From Octopus vulgaris (lineage: Eukaryota): a DNA stretch of 64,000 nucleotides. Location of the stretch: assembly GCA_951406725.2 (NCBI GenBank), contig OX597816.1, forward strand, positions 76,880,001 to 76,944,000. Direction: 5' to 3'. Under the pieces are notes generated by a model. That model saw only the letters and a list, made by a program, of their open reading frames with translations. It searched no databases and was not told the DNA's origin. Positions 1 through 10,092 of the stretch are shown here, piece by piece (positions within the stretch are counted from its first letter, which is position 1; each line of letters begins with the position of its first letter). Both the position numbers and the translations under genes were made by a program.

Positions 1-29
1 TCTCTCTCTCTCTCTCTCTCTCTAAATAA

Positions 30-830
30 TGACTACTAATACAGCTTTCGCAAAACCAGATCTACAGCAGGTTTACTTTCTAACATCATTCATAAGTAAC
101 TCATACCACCGAGAAAGTCTGTGAATGCGGTACTCCTAGCTCGTGGTTAATTGTCAGTGTAGTATCACTGATAGTGTCTTTTATAGGGTGCCCAACTAAT
201 TGGTTTCCTCCACAGACTCTTCTATCAACATATCAATGACCTACTTGCCACGACATCCATTAACGTTAGTCCTAAGACGATATTATCGCTCAACACGAGA
301 ACAGCATCGGTATGAATTTCCTTAAGCATAAAGGGTACACAACTTGAACCCTCATGACTGCTATAACACCTAGCGTCGCTATCACCGAGAAATTTAGCGA
401 ACGCGCATCCTCCAGGTCACAAAGAGTACCACAAAATGGCTATTATTCCACTTCAGAACCAGAGACTGTTTCAGTTCTCCAAAGTCACTTACAATCCACA
501 AAGTACATCTACAGCTTCTGCAGGGCTGACACACATGCTTAAGCATATCTAGATACAATTCACTAGAGTGACAAGACTGATATCGATGGCAAATACACTG
601 CAATCTCTGGCCCACAGATGTAGTCCCATCTCTGCACATTCTTTCTACTTGATGTAGCCTCTGCCTAACGGAGCTGAAAGCCTTATGCCAGCTCTAATAA
701 GGAATTCCAAATTCGTTCGTCTCACTTATGTCGTTATTCATATTGCAACCAACCTCCACTACACAAATTTAGTGCCAGATACCCATAAAATCTTCTTCGC
801 CCACTGCCTCCTTCTCAGAACAAGAACGCC
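30..830 (-). pseudogene. Highly decayed RTE-like LINE remnant (APE endonuclease-like and RT-like fragments)
   Basis: Minus-strand translation gives only faint echoes of GDFNGHVG / IDYIL endonuclease motifs and the post-RT 'EVV..F.YLG' region; many stops and frameshifts. Confidence 0.3.
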
Positions 831-1298
831 AAAATTTCTTCTCTGCGTGTATATTTTTTCTTTTTCCTGTAGCCGTCAATTTAAAAACATCCAGGGTAAA
901 TGTTAACAGTATCAATTTCACCAGTCACAGAGATCCTGCGTAGATCTTGGTTGCAATAACTTTCTCTTCACGAAAACAATAAGAAAATAACAAATCCATT
1001 CTTTTCCAGATTGTTTTTTATATTTATTTGTTCCCGTTATGAAAATTTAAATGTCTGCCCGGTGAAATTCTGCTCACGTAGTAAAAAGACTCACAAAGAA
1101 ATTTTAATCCAATATTTACCTCTATATCTACATGATAAGTCTGAAACAGAAACGTATAGGAAATTATAAATTTGAGAAAAGCATCAGAGTACAGGAAATA
1201 TTGAAATCAAATAATTGCTTTAGGCATTTTCAAGTATGAAAAAGATTGCCCAAGCTATCTTCGATAATGATTCAATCAGCAATATACGAATGCTTAAA

Positions 1299-1380
<82 letters not shown>

Positions 1381-1602
1381 GTATGTGTGTGTGTGTGTCT
1401 GTGTTTGTCCCCCCAGCATTGCTTGGCAACCGATGGTGGTGTGTTTACGTCCCCGTCACTTAGCGGTTCGGCAAAACAGACCGATAGAATAAGTACTGGA
1501 CTTACAAAGAATAAGTCCCGGGGTCGATTTGCTCGATTTAAGGCGGTGCTCCAGCATGGCCGCAGTCAAATGACTGAAACAAGTAAAAGAGTAAAAGAGT
1601 AT
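1299..1602 (+). mobile_element. 3' half of tRNA-derived SINE family A (left outer arm of a palindrome)
   Basis: (TA)n, then TGTCCCCCCAGCATTGCTTGGCAACCGATGG...GTAAAAGAGTAAAAGAG tail; near-identical reverse complement of 2925-3200; same body as 7190-7379 and 57400-57620. Confidence 0.85.
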
Positions 1603-1607
1603 ATATG

Positions 1608-1649
<42 letters not shown>

Positions 1650-2370
1650 TAGATAGATAGATAGATAAATATGTGTGTGTGAATGATTATAAGAAGGCGG
1701 TAGTAATTGTGAAGCTTCGTGAATACTCGACTTCGTTAAGTATTCAGATGAATTCCATCATCGGAATTACTTCCAAGGCGCTGTTAATTTGCTTTCGTAA
1801 ACATAAATTATATACTCTACTTATAAATTTTGAAATTTTTCGTTTTGATGTTTTTATATATTTATGCTTAATTATACACACTATGTATAATTATACACGC
1901 ACTCACACAGACACACTCACCAAATACACACATGCATATATATACGCGCGCGCAATATATATATGTAAATATTTATATATATATGTATATGTATATATAC
2001 ATATACATATACATATATATGTATATGTTGGTGAGCATATATATATATATATACATATATATATATTGCGCGCGTATATATATGCATATGTGTGTATTTG
2101 GTGAGTGTGTCTGTGTGAGTGCGTGTATAATTATACATAGCGTGTATAATTAAGCATAAATATATAAAAACATCAAAACGAAAAATTTCAAAATTTATAA
2201 GTAGAGTATATAGTTTATGTTTACGAAAGCAAATTAACAGCGCCTTGGAAGTAATTCCGATGATGGAATTCATCTGAATACTTAACGAAGTCGAGTATTC
2301 ACGAAGCTTCAAAATTACTACCGCCTTCTTATAATCATTCACACACACACACACATATTATCTATATATA

Positions 2371-2873
2371 TCTATATATATAAAACTCTAGTTGTGTGAG
2401 TGTCTGTCCCCTTCGATTTAGATTCCTAACTCCTCCCACATTTTGCGGTGCAGTTTAACCAAATTCGGGTATCTTATAGTTGTGATTCATATCGAGCCCG
2501 TCTGACTATTAGCGCGCGTCAACGATGAGTCTACGATTTTAAAATAATTTAACATCATTTTTTATTCCATTTTAATGCATAAAATGCATCGTGTGTCGAT
2601 GGCGGCGGAGTTGGCGTCCACGCTCACAGCTGCACCTGTTTGCTTCTCCCCATTCCCTCCCTCGTGAAGCTGTGGGGAAGGGAGTGTAAAGAAATCAACG
2701 TCGTAATGCGTTGTGAAGGAGACCAGCGTTCTTTTAGAACAACGACTTCATGGCTTGAAGACACCAAAACAAAAATGGCTAAGAAAGCCCGAATTTATAA
2801 TGAAGTAACTCTCTAAAAATGCTTATATAGTTATTTCCCTTACAAACCCGAGCAACGCCGGGCGATACTGCTA

Positions 2874-2874
<1 letters not shown>
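2371..2874 (+). mobile_element. Non-autonomous Helitron
   Basis: 5' TCTATATATATAAAA; 3' GC hairpin CCCGAGCAACGCCGGG followed by CGATACTG-CTAG; inserted between A and T with no TSD. Confidence 0.85.
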
Positions 2875-2924
<50 letters not shown>

Positions 2925-2928
<4 letters not shown>

Positions 2929-3139
2929 TACTCTTTTACTCTTTTACTTGTTTCAGTCATTTGACTGCGGCCATGCTGGAGCACCGCCTTAAATCGAGCA
3001 ACTCGACCCCGGGACTTATTCTTTGTAAGTCCAGTACTTATTCTATCGGTCTCTTTTGCCGAACCGCTAAGTGACGGGGACGTAAACACACCACCATCGG
3101 TTGCCAAGCAATGCTGGGGGGACAAACACAGACACACAA

Positions 3140-3203
<64 letters not shown>

Positions 3204-3360
3204 GACAGGCTTCTTTCAGTTTCCGTCTACCAAATCCACTCACAAGGCATTGGTCGGCCCGGGGCTATAGCAGAAGACACTTGCCCAAGATGCCACGCAG
3301 TGGGACTGAATCCGGAACCATGTGGTTGGTTAGCAAGCTACTTACCACACAGCCATTCCT

Positions 3361-3362
<2 letters not shown>
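2925..3362 (-). mobile_element. Full-length tRNA-derived SINE family A with internal (TA)n
   Basis: Minus strand: A-box-like TGGCTGTGTGG, B-box-like GATTCAGTCCC, internal (TA)n, GTAAAAGA tail. Confidence 0.85.
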
Positions 3363-3438
<76 letters not shown>

Positions 3439-3609
3439 CATACAAAGTAAGTGAAAGGGGTTCGGGTAGACCAGGCGTTAACCTCAGGTAGCACTCTCAC
3501 GAGTGGTAGCTATCTACATTTGTATGAAGGAGAATTTCTACAGTAGAAACATAAGTTTGTGACAAACAGATAATCTGAAATGTTTAAATCCATCACTGCA
3601 TATAAATAA

Positions 3610-3992
3610 CTAGCAGTATCGCCCGGCGTTGCTCGGGTTTGTAAGGGAAATAACTATATAAGCATTTTTAGTGAGTTATAGCAAAAAATGCATTAAAAAT
3701 GGAATAAAAAATTATAGTAATTTTTTTTTAAATCGTTGACTCATCGTAGACATTTTTAGAGAGTTACTTCCCTTATATAATAGCGAAAAAATGCATTAAA
3801 ATGGAAAAAGTGATGGTAAATTTTTTTAAATCGTAGACTCATCGTAGACGCGCGCTAATACCCAGAAGGGCTCGATATGAATCACGACTATAAGATACCC
3901 GGTTTTGGTTAAACTGCACCGCAAAATGTGGGAGTAGTTAGGAATCTAAATCGTAAGAGACAGACACACAACTTCACTTTTATATATAAAGA
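3610..3992 (-). mobile_element. Non-autonomous Helitron (same family as 2371-2874)
   Basis: Minus strand starts TCTTTATATATAAAAG and ends with the same hairpin + CTAG; A|T insertion site. Confidence 0.85.
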
Positions 3993-5131
3993 TTTGTGCA
4001 ACAACTAAAACATTCGGTTGCGCAAATTGTTTGCACAGGAAACCCGCCCTGTGTGGCGGTTTTTGCCGTTTTTGTGGATCTGTTTCAGCTTTTTTTTAGC
4101 GATTTCTGTTTTGGCGACTTCAAGCCATGAAGTCGTTGTTCTAAAAGAACGCTGGTCTCCTTGACAACGCTTTACGACGTTGATTTCCCTACCCTGCCTT
4201 CCCCACAGCTTCACGAGGGAGGGAAGAAGGGGAGGAGCTACACAGGTGCAGGTGCGAGCATGAACGCCAACGCCGCCACCGACACACGAAAAAATTGGAA
4301 GAACCCAGACGACAGCTTCAGCCACCACCACAACCACCACCACTACCACCATGACCACCACCACCACTACGCCTATGACCATCACCAACACCATCATGAA
4401 GACCACCACGACCACCACCATCATCACCACCACCACACCACCACCATCATCACCACCCCCACCACCACCACCACCACCACCACCATCACCACTACCAGCA
4501 CCACCGCCACCACCGCTTCCACTACCACCGCCTCCACCACCACCATAATATGCCTCTGCTCTCTCCTTTTGGCTACTAAATCCATTACCATATTTCACAA
4601 GTACCATCGCCATACAATATTGCCTTCAAACGTTTGTGTTTGGATAATATTTCTTAAGTAAAAGTTGTGCAACAACTAAAACATTCGATTGTGCAAATTG
4701 TTTGCACGGGAAACCTTCCCTGTGTGGCGTGTTTCCCGATTTTGTAGAATTTGCTTTCGGGCTTTCTTAGCCATTTCTGTTTTGGTGTCTTCAAGCCATG
4801 AGGTCGTTGTTCTAAAAGAACGCTGGTCTCCTTAACAACGCTTTACAACGTTGATTTCCTTACACTCCCTTCCCCACATCTTAACGAGGGAGGGAAGAAG
4901 GGGGAGAAGCAATTTAAAAAATATGCGTTAAAATGGAAAAAAATGATGTTAAATTATTTTTAAAATTGTAGACTCATCGTAGACGCGCGCTAATACCCAG
5001 ACGGGCTCGATATGAATCACGACTATAAGATACCCGAATTTGGTTAAACTGCACCGCAAAATGTGGGAGTAGTTAGGAATCTAAATCGTAGGAGACAGAC
5101 ACTCACACAACTTCACTTTTATAAATATAGA
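3993..5131 (-). mobile_element. Helitron 5' portion with internal duplication and (CCA)n tract
   Basis: Second TC-start terminus at 5131; 4930-5120 matches the 5' region of the other two Helitrons; ~250-bp direct repeat at 3993-4240 and 4664-4910. Confidence 0.7.
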
Positions 5132-5799
5132 TAAGTGAATACTTGAGCAACTGCCATTAGTATGTAATATATATAAGACCTGCTACGACATCCTTCATTT
5201 ATTACATAGTCGAGACTAGCATACCGAAGCGTCAAAATCACTGTCACCACTCAACTTATAAAAGTTAAATAAATATGCGTTGGAGTGGCTGTGTGGTATA
5301 GGTGTAGTAGTAGCTGTGTGGTAAGTAGCTTGCTTACCTACTTCCCATGAGTATCTGTTGTCAGTGTACGCATGTGTCATTGTGTTGTGCACCGAAGAAG
5401 ATAGCCGGCAGTGTTTAGCCTGCCAAAAGAAGCTGCTGCAAGGTAAGACTTTTGTCTCTTGGATCCAGTGGGGGTTGTTGTCTGTGGTTATATTTTTCAC
5501 AAACAAGGAGTCCTCACTTGATTCACGATGTTGGTCTGCTTATGGTTCAGCAATGTTGTTCACATTAAGTGAAAATCTTTTTTCTCATTGTGAGAAGTAC
5601 AGTTTGGGGGCATATCCTTCAACCAAAGTCGTCCACTATTTGTAAATAGTGTGTATTTTTACATTTACGTTTACCAATAATTGGAAAGCTATATTTCAAG
5701 TGGTGCAGTCCAGGTTCTAATCGGGGTACCAGAGAGCTTGGAGTACTTGAATGCCCAGAAGATTTTTTTGCTGTGAACTGTTGAACAGTTGTTTTCTTC

Positions 5800-6840
5800 T
5801 ATCGCGACTTTCTTACTGAATTGTTTGCTTTTTCTTTTCTTCCCTTTTGTTTCCTTTTGATTCCTCCCTTTTCTTTTTGAAATTTGTGAACTACTGTTTT
5901 GGACTTTTTTTATTTTTAAATTAAAACATGGCAAAAATACGGATAAGATTGTAGAGTGGGATATTGTCCCATCTAAGGGGTGGCTCAGACAGCAAGATGA
6001 GAGGACGGTGGTGTTGAGAACGTATTCGAAGGTTCTCGACACCATTGCCGTCTTCTCCAAGCAGGAGTTGGCGGAACATCTATCAACCATTAAGTATATC
6101 TCTACGGGTGTCAAATATGCAACGGTGTGGTTGCTGTTTGACACCCCAGAGGATGCTCGCGGTTTTGCGAGCCAGCCCCTTGAGGGTAAAGAAATTTTGT
6201 TTTTTTTCCCACTTATTGTGGGAAAAAATTGACGAGGGCCTGGGTTTGTGGTTTGCCACCCGGAATTGAACACCAGTAGATAGAAGGTACTATCCGTCGG
6301 GGTCTGGGTGGCAGCTGAGCCAGGCTCTTCAATATGGAAATTCTTCCTGCAGCTGATTGGGTTGGGTCAAAAGCTGTTTTGAACCGGTGGGCCCAATCAG
6401 CCATGGATCTGGTTATGCCAGATGTTTTGAAAATGGCCGGGTGCAGGTACCCGGTGATTCTTGAGGGTCGACAACCTCTCAGGTGTCATCGGTGCCTGGA
6501 GCCTCGCCATATAAAGAAAAACTGTCCTCGGGAACAAAGCAAAGTCTTGGAGCAGTTGATTGAGAAGAAGGAAAGAAGGCGGCCGAGGAGACGGAGGACT
6601 CCTCAAAGAAGGGCTGCAAGAGGAAGAAGGTGAGCAACAATGGGTGCTCATCGAAGGATCCTAGTGATGAGGGAGGGGAGGCGAATCTCCCGCAGTTGAT
6701 AGAAAAGAAAGAGGAAGAGGAAGAGAAACGGGACATTACCGACAGTCAGTGACATAGCACCGGAATGTCCTGGAACCTTGCCGGTAGGGGTCATGCCACC
6801 GGCACCTGAAGAGACACTGTTGGGGGAATTGCGCCGCCAA
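5800..6840 (+). pseudogene. Degenerate L1/Tx1-like LINE ORF1 (zinc-knuckle protein) with 5' UTR
   Basis: ORF fragments 6008-6232 and 6334-6633 with VILEGRQPLR-CHRCLEPRHIKKNC (CX2CX4HX4C knuckle) and a basic/acidic tail; frameshifted; no ORF2. Confidence 0.6.
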
Positions 6841-6940
6841 CAGTAGCGTTTTTTTGCCTTCTCCCGTCAATATCATATTTTTTCATCATTCATCTCATTA
6901 ATGCTTTTGTAATGCCGTCATGGTAAATTTGATGAAATAG

Positions 6941-7084
6941 AGTAGCTTGTTTACGAACCACATGGTTCCGGGTTCAGTCCCTCTGCGTGGCACCTTGGGC
7001 AAGTGTCTTCTGCTATAGTCTCGGGCCAACGAACGCCTTGTGAGTGGATTTGGTAAACGGAAGCTGAAAAAAGCCCGTCGAATA

Positions 7085-7142
<58 letters not shown>

Positions 7143-7379
7143 TGTGTGTGTGTGTATGTGTGTATATTTTTGTGCGTCTGTGTTCTTCCCCCCAACATCG
7201 CTTGACAACCGATGCTGGTGTGTTTACGTCCCCGTAACTTAGCGGTTCGGAAAAAGAGACCGATAGAATAAGTACTAGGCTTACAAAGAATAAGTCCTGG
7301 GGTCGATTTGCTCGACTAAAGACTAAAGGTGGTGCTCCTGCATGGCCACACTCACATGACTCAAACAAGTAAAAGAGTA
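6941..7379 (+). mobile_element. tRNA-derived SINE family A
   Basis: B-box GGTTCAGTCCC, internal (TA)n, same body and GTAAAAGAG tail as the other copies. Confidence 0.85.
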
Positions 7380-7436
7380 TGTATTCTAAAATAAGTATTG
7401 CGTATTCAACTTAATGTAATCGACCTCAAAACAAAC

Positions 7437-7478
<42 letters not shown>

Positions 7479-7524
7479 CTGCATATACCTGTATATTTAT
7501 ACCTATTGATAGCTAGCTAGGTAG

Positions 7525-7572
<48 letters not shown>

Positions 7573-7654
7573 AAGGGTGAAAAGGAGCACACGAGTTGAT
7601 ATATATGAAAAAACAAGTAAAAAATAGAAAATGCTAAAATAATTTTATAGTGAA

Positions 7655-7702
7655 CATTTCAGTACCGGTTTCGGTCATTTTGAGACCTTTTCAACTGTAA
7701 CG
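7655..7702 (-). ncRNA. Minimal type I hammerhead ribozyme (U3:A8 variant), left copy
   Basis: Exact reverse complement of 12551-12598. Confidence 0.75.
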
Positions 7703-8388
7703 ATTAAATAATTCAATTTAGAAAAATTAGAAGAAAAGTTTTTTTAAAACAATATTTCTATAGTAGTGTTCAGATTTAAGTGGCATTCTGCCTTTCTCTG
7801 ACTCCCTTGTTTGCACTTGTGTGTTCGAGGTAGTTGTGAGTTCTTGGTAGGGTAGTAGAGGGAAGGCTGGTGAGGAAAGGGGGTGGGAGAATCTGGGAGT
7901 GCCCTGATGGTCGTATTTTGAATGGTCAGTGGCGGCTGGCAGTCTCAGTTCAATTCAGGAGAATATTTATATCGACAGGCTTGTTTATAGAATTAGCGTA
8001 GGTGTTATACTAAAAAACATTAGTGACAAACTTAAGGGGTAGGGGTGGAGAAGAAGAAGAAGAAGAAGGAGAAGGAGAAGGAGAAGATGATGGTGATGGT
8101 GGTGATGATTATGACGACGATGATGATGATAACGATGATGATGAAGAAGAAGAAGAAGAAGAAGGAGGAGAAGGAGAAGATGGTGGTGATGATGGTGGCG
8201 ATGATGATGACGCCGATGATGATGATAACGATGATGATGAAGAAGAAGAAGAAGAAAAAAACAGAGAAGGGAGAATATGAATGGGTGTAAATATAGCTAT
8301 GAAGGGGCTGATTAGTAATGGATTCTATGGAGTGTAGTATTTGTGTGTGTATATATATTTTTTTCTTTTATTCTAAAGTTGAGGTATA

Positions 8389-10092
8389 TTAATTGTTTGT
8401 CGTAGACCCGTTAAGAAGTGGCTTGTATTTTGTAATAAAGAGATTTTCTTTACTTATTCTTTGTCTCGAGGTTGTATCGTCCCTAAATTGGTAGAGGGGG
8501 AAAATTCTGAAGTTTGGTGTTTTTTTGTTGGCGCAAGTATCTATGTGTTGGCTAAAAGCTATTTTTCTGTTTTGGGGAATTTTTATCTGGGATCTGTGCA
8601 GGGCCATTCGTTTACGCAAACCATTTTTTGTTTGGCCTATGTACTGCTCTTGACACCCGGAGCAGGTTAGTGAGTATATTAGGTTCTCCGAAGCACATGT
8701 GAAGTTGCTTTTCACTGTAAACCGTTGTCCCTGTTTGAAGGAGAACTCAGAACCCTCGATTAGATAGTCGCATATCCCGCAATTGGGTCTTCCACATTTT
8801 TTTACTGTCGGCTTCTGTGTTGAAGAGTGAATTCGGGCTTGTGTAAGGAGACTTTTCATGGATCTAGGCTGTCTTTTGCTTTTTATGATCGTGTGTGTTT
8901 GGAGGATTGTGTTCATTCTGTGGTCTTTTTTTAGGAGGGGTATGTTGTGGAGGATGGTGTTGAAGGCTTCGTTATTGAGAGGGTTGTGTGTGGAGATGTA
9001 TGGTAAGGCTTTTGGTTGTAAGTTTTTCTTTGATTTGGGATGTCTCAGTTCCTTGATGTTAAGTTGAAGGGCACGTTGAATGCACTTGTCAATAAGTGAA
9101 GGTGGATAGTTCCTGGTGATTAGGGTATCTTTTAGTTCTTGTAGTCGTGTGTCTCTGGTGTTTGCGTTAGAGACTATAGTGCATATCCTTTTTGCTAGAT
9201 TGAAGGGGATATTCATCCTGGTGTGTCTGGGGTGGCATGAATTGAATGGAAGATATTGCTTAGAGTCTGTAGGCTTATAGTATATGTCTGTTTCTATTAT
9301 ATTATTAGCTTTCTTAATGAGGATATCGAGGAAGGGGAGTTGTTGTTGGCTATATTCCATCGTGAATTGGATGTTTACGTCCAGTCCGTTTAAAATTTTC
9401 TGGAATTCTATGAGTTTTTCTATATTTTTATGCCAAAGGATGAAACAGTCATCTAGATATCTCTTCCAGTTGTTTTCTATGTAGAGGTTGTGGGGGATAT
9501 TGGAGTAGAGGTTGACTACATCGAAGGATACCAGTATGGTGTTTTTGTTTATAGTATTCGGTAGGTGATTGAGCATATCTAAGTCGTCCCTTATATAGCT
9601 TTTGACATGTTTGAGGAGTGGTTTTAACAGGGTGTCTAAAAAGTTACTGAGGCGGTGGGTTTCGCATGCGGGACCTGCTATTATGGGTCTCAATTTGAGG
9701 TCATTACGATTAGGGACTTTAATTATTTTGTCTGTAGCTATCTTGCATGCGTTGCTTATTTTTTCACTTTTGTGGATCTTAGGTATACCGTAGAATTGGC
9801 TAGTTTCTTCTTTTAGTTCTTCTTTTTCACAGTCCTCTTTCCATAGTTTGGAGAACTTCTCTTGATCTGGGCCTTGGGTCATTTTGCGAATTTCTTCGTT
9901 GATATCTTCATCGGTGGATTTTATTTTATCCTCATTCGTTTGGGCCCTCAATTTCAGAAGTTCTATTTCCATTTTCATTTTTTCCAGTGCCATTCTCTCC
10001 CTGAGGTGTCTTTGTGTTTCAGGTTCTTCTGTAATAGCTTTGAACTGGAAGACACAACATACTATGAAAAGGCACAAAACTACAGTCAACAA
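8389..10092 (-). CDS. Penelope-like RT/GIY-YIG polyprotein, internally deleted copy
   Basis: FYGIPKIHK, LRPII, SFDVVNLYSNIP, RYLDD, CGRPNCGIC and LIY..TCSGC..QYIGQT present; lacks 87 aa including QKSGTAMG; track start is TTG, first ATG at 9993. Confidence 0.8.
   Translation of the reverse strand: MLTVVLCLFIVCCVFQFKAITEEPETQRHLRERMALEKMKMEIELLKLRAQTNEDKIKSTDEDINEEIRKMTQGPDQEKFSKLWKEDCEKEELKEETSQFYGIPKIHKSEKISNACKIATDKIIKVPNRNDLKLRPIIAGPACETHRLSNFLDTLLKPLLKHVKSYIRDDLDMLNHLPNTINKNTILVSFDVVNLYSNIPHNLYIENNWKRYLDDCFILWHKNIEKLIEFQKILNGLDVNIQFTMEYSQQQLPFLDILIKKANNIIETDIYYKPTDSKQYLPFNSCHPRHTRMNIPFNLAKRICTIVSNANTRDTRLQELKDTLITRNYPPSLIDKCIQRALQLNIKELRHPKSKKNLQPKALPYISTHNPLNNEAFNTILHNIPLLKKDHRMNTILQTHTIIKSKRQPRSMKSLLTQARIHSSTQKPTVKKCGRPNCGICDYLIEGSEFSFKQGQRFTVKSNFTCASENLIYSLTCSGCQEQYIGQTKNGLRKRMALHRSQIKIPQNRKIAFSQHIDTCANKKTPNFRIFPLYQFRDDTTSRQRISKENLFITKYKPLLNGSTTNN

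Larger units (their letters stand above)
1299..3200. repeat. ~1.9 kb inverted duplication (foldback) with a Helitron inserted in the right arm
   Basis: 1671-1967 is the reverse complement of ~2052-2356, and 1381-1610 of ~2921-3155, with only a few mismatches; mirrored ORFs 1673..2104(+) and 1917..2354(-). Confidence 0.9.

Noticed and set aside
1220-3491. Many ORFs rich in YI/IY, CV, HT repeats (also throughout the window)
   Set aside because: Translations of (TA)n, (TG)n, (CATA)n and (GATA)n microsatellites, which lack stops in some frames
4005-4661. Gly-, His-, Pro- and Thr-rich ORFs
   Set aside because: Produced by a (CCA)n tract inside a Helitron; open in several frames on both strands
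8023-8290. Acidic (E/D) and K/M-rich ORFs
   Set aside because: Antisense reading of the trinucleotide tract in the Penelope 3' UTR
9862-10043. Hydrophobic N-terminus of the 666-aa ORF as a signal or membrane domain
   Set aside because: It is the antisense of the other copy's coding sequence and starts at TTG; an inversion artefact
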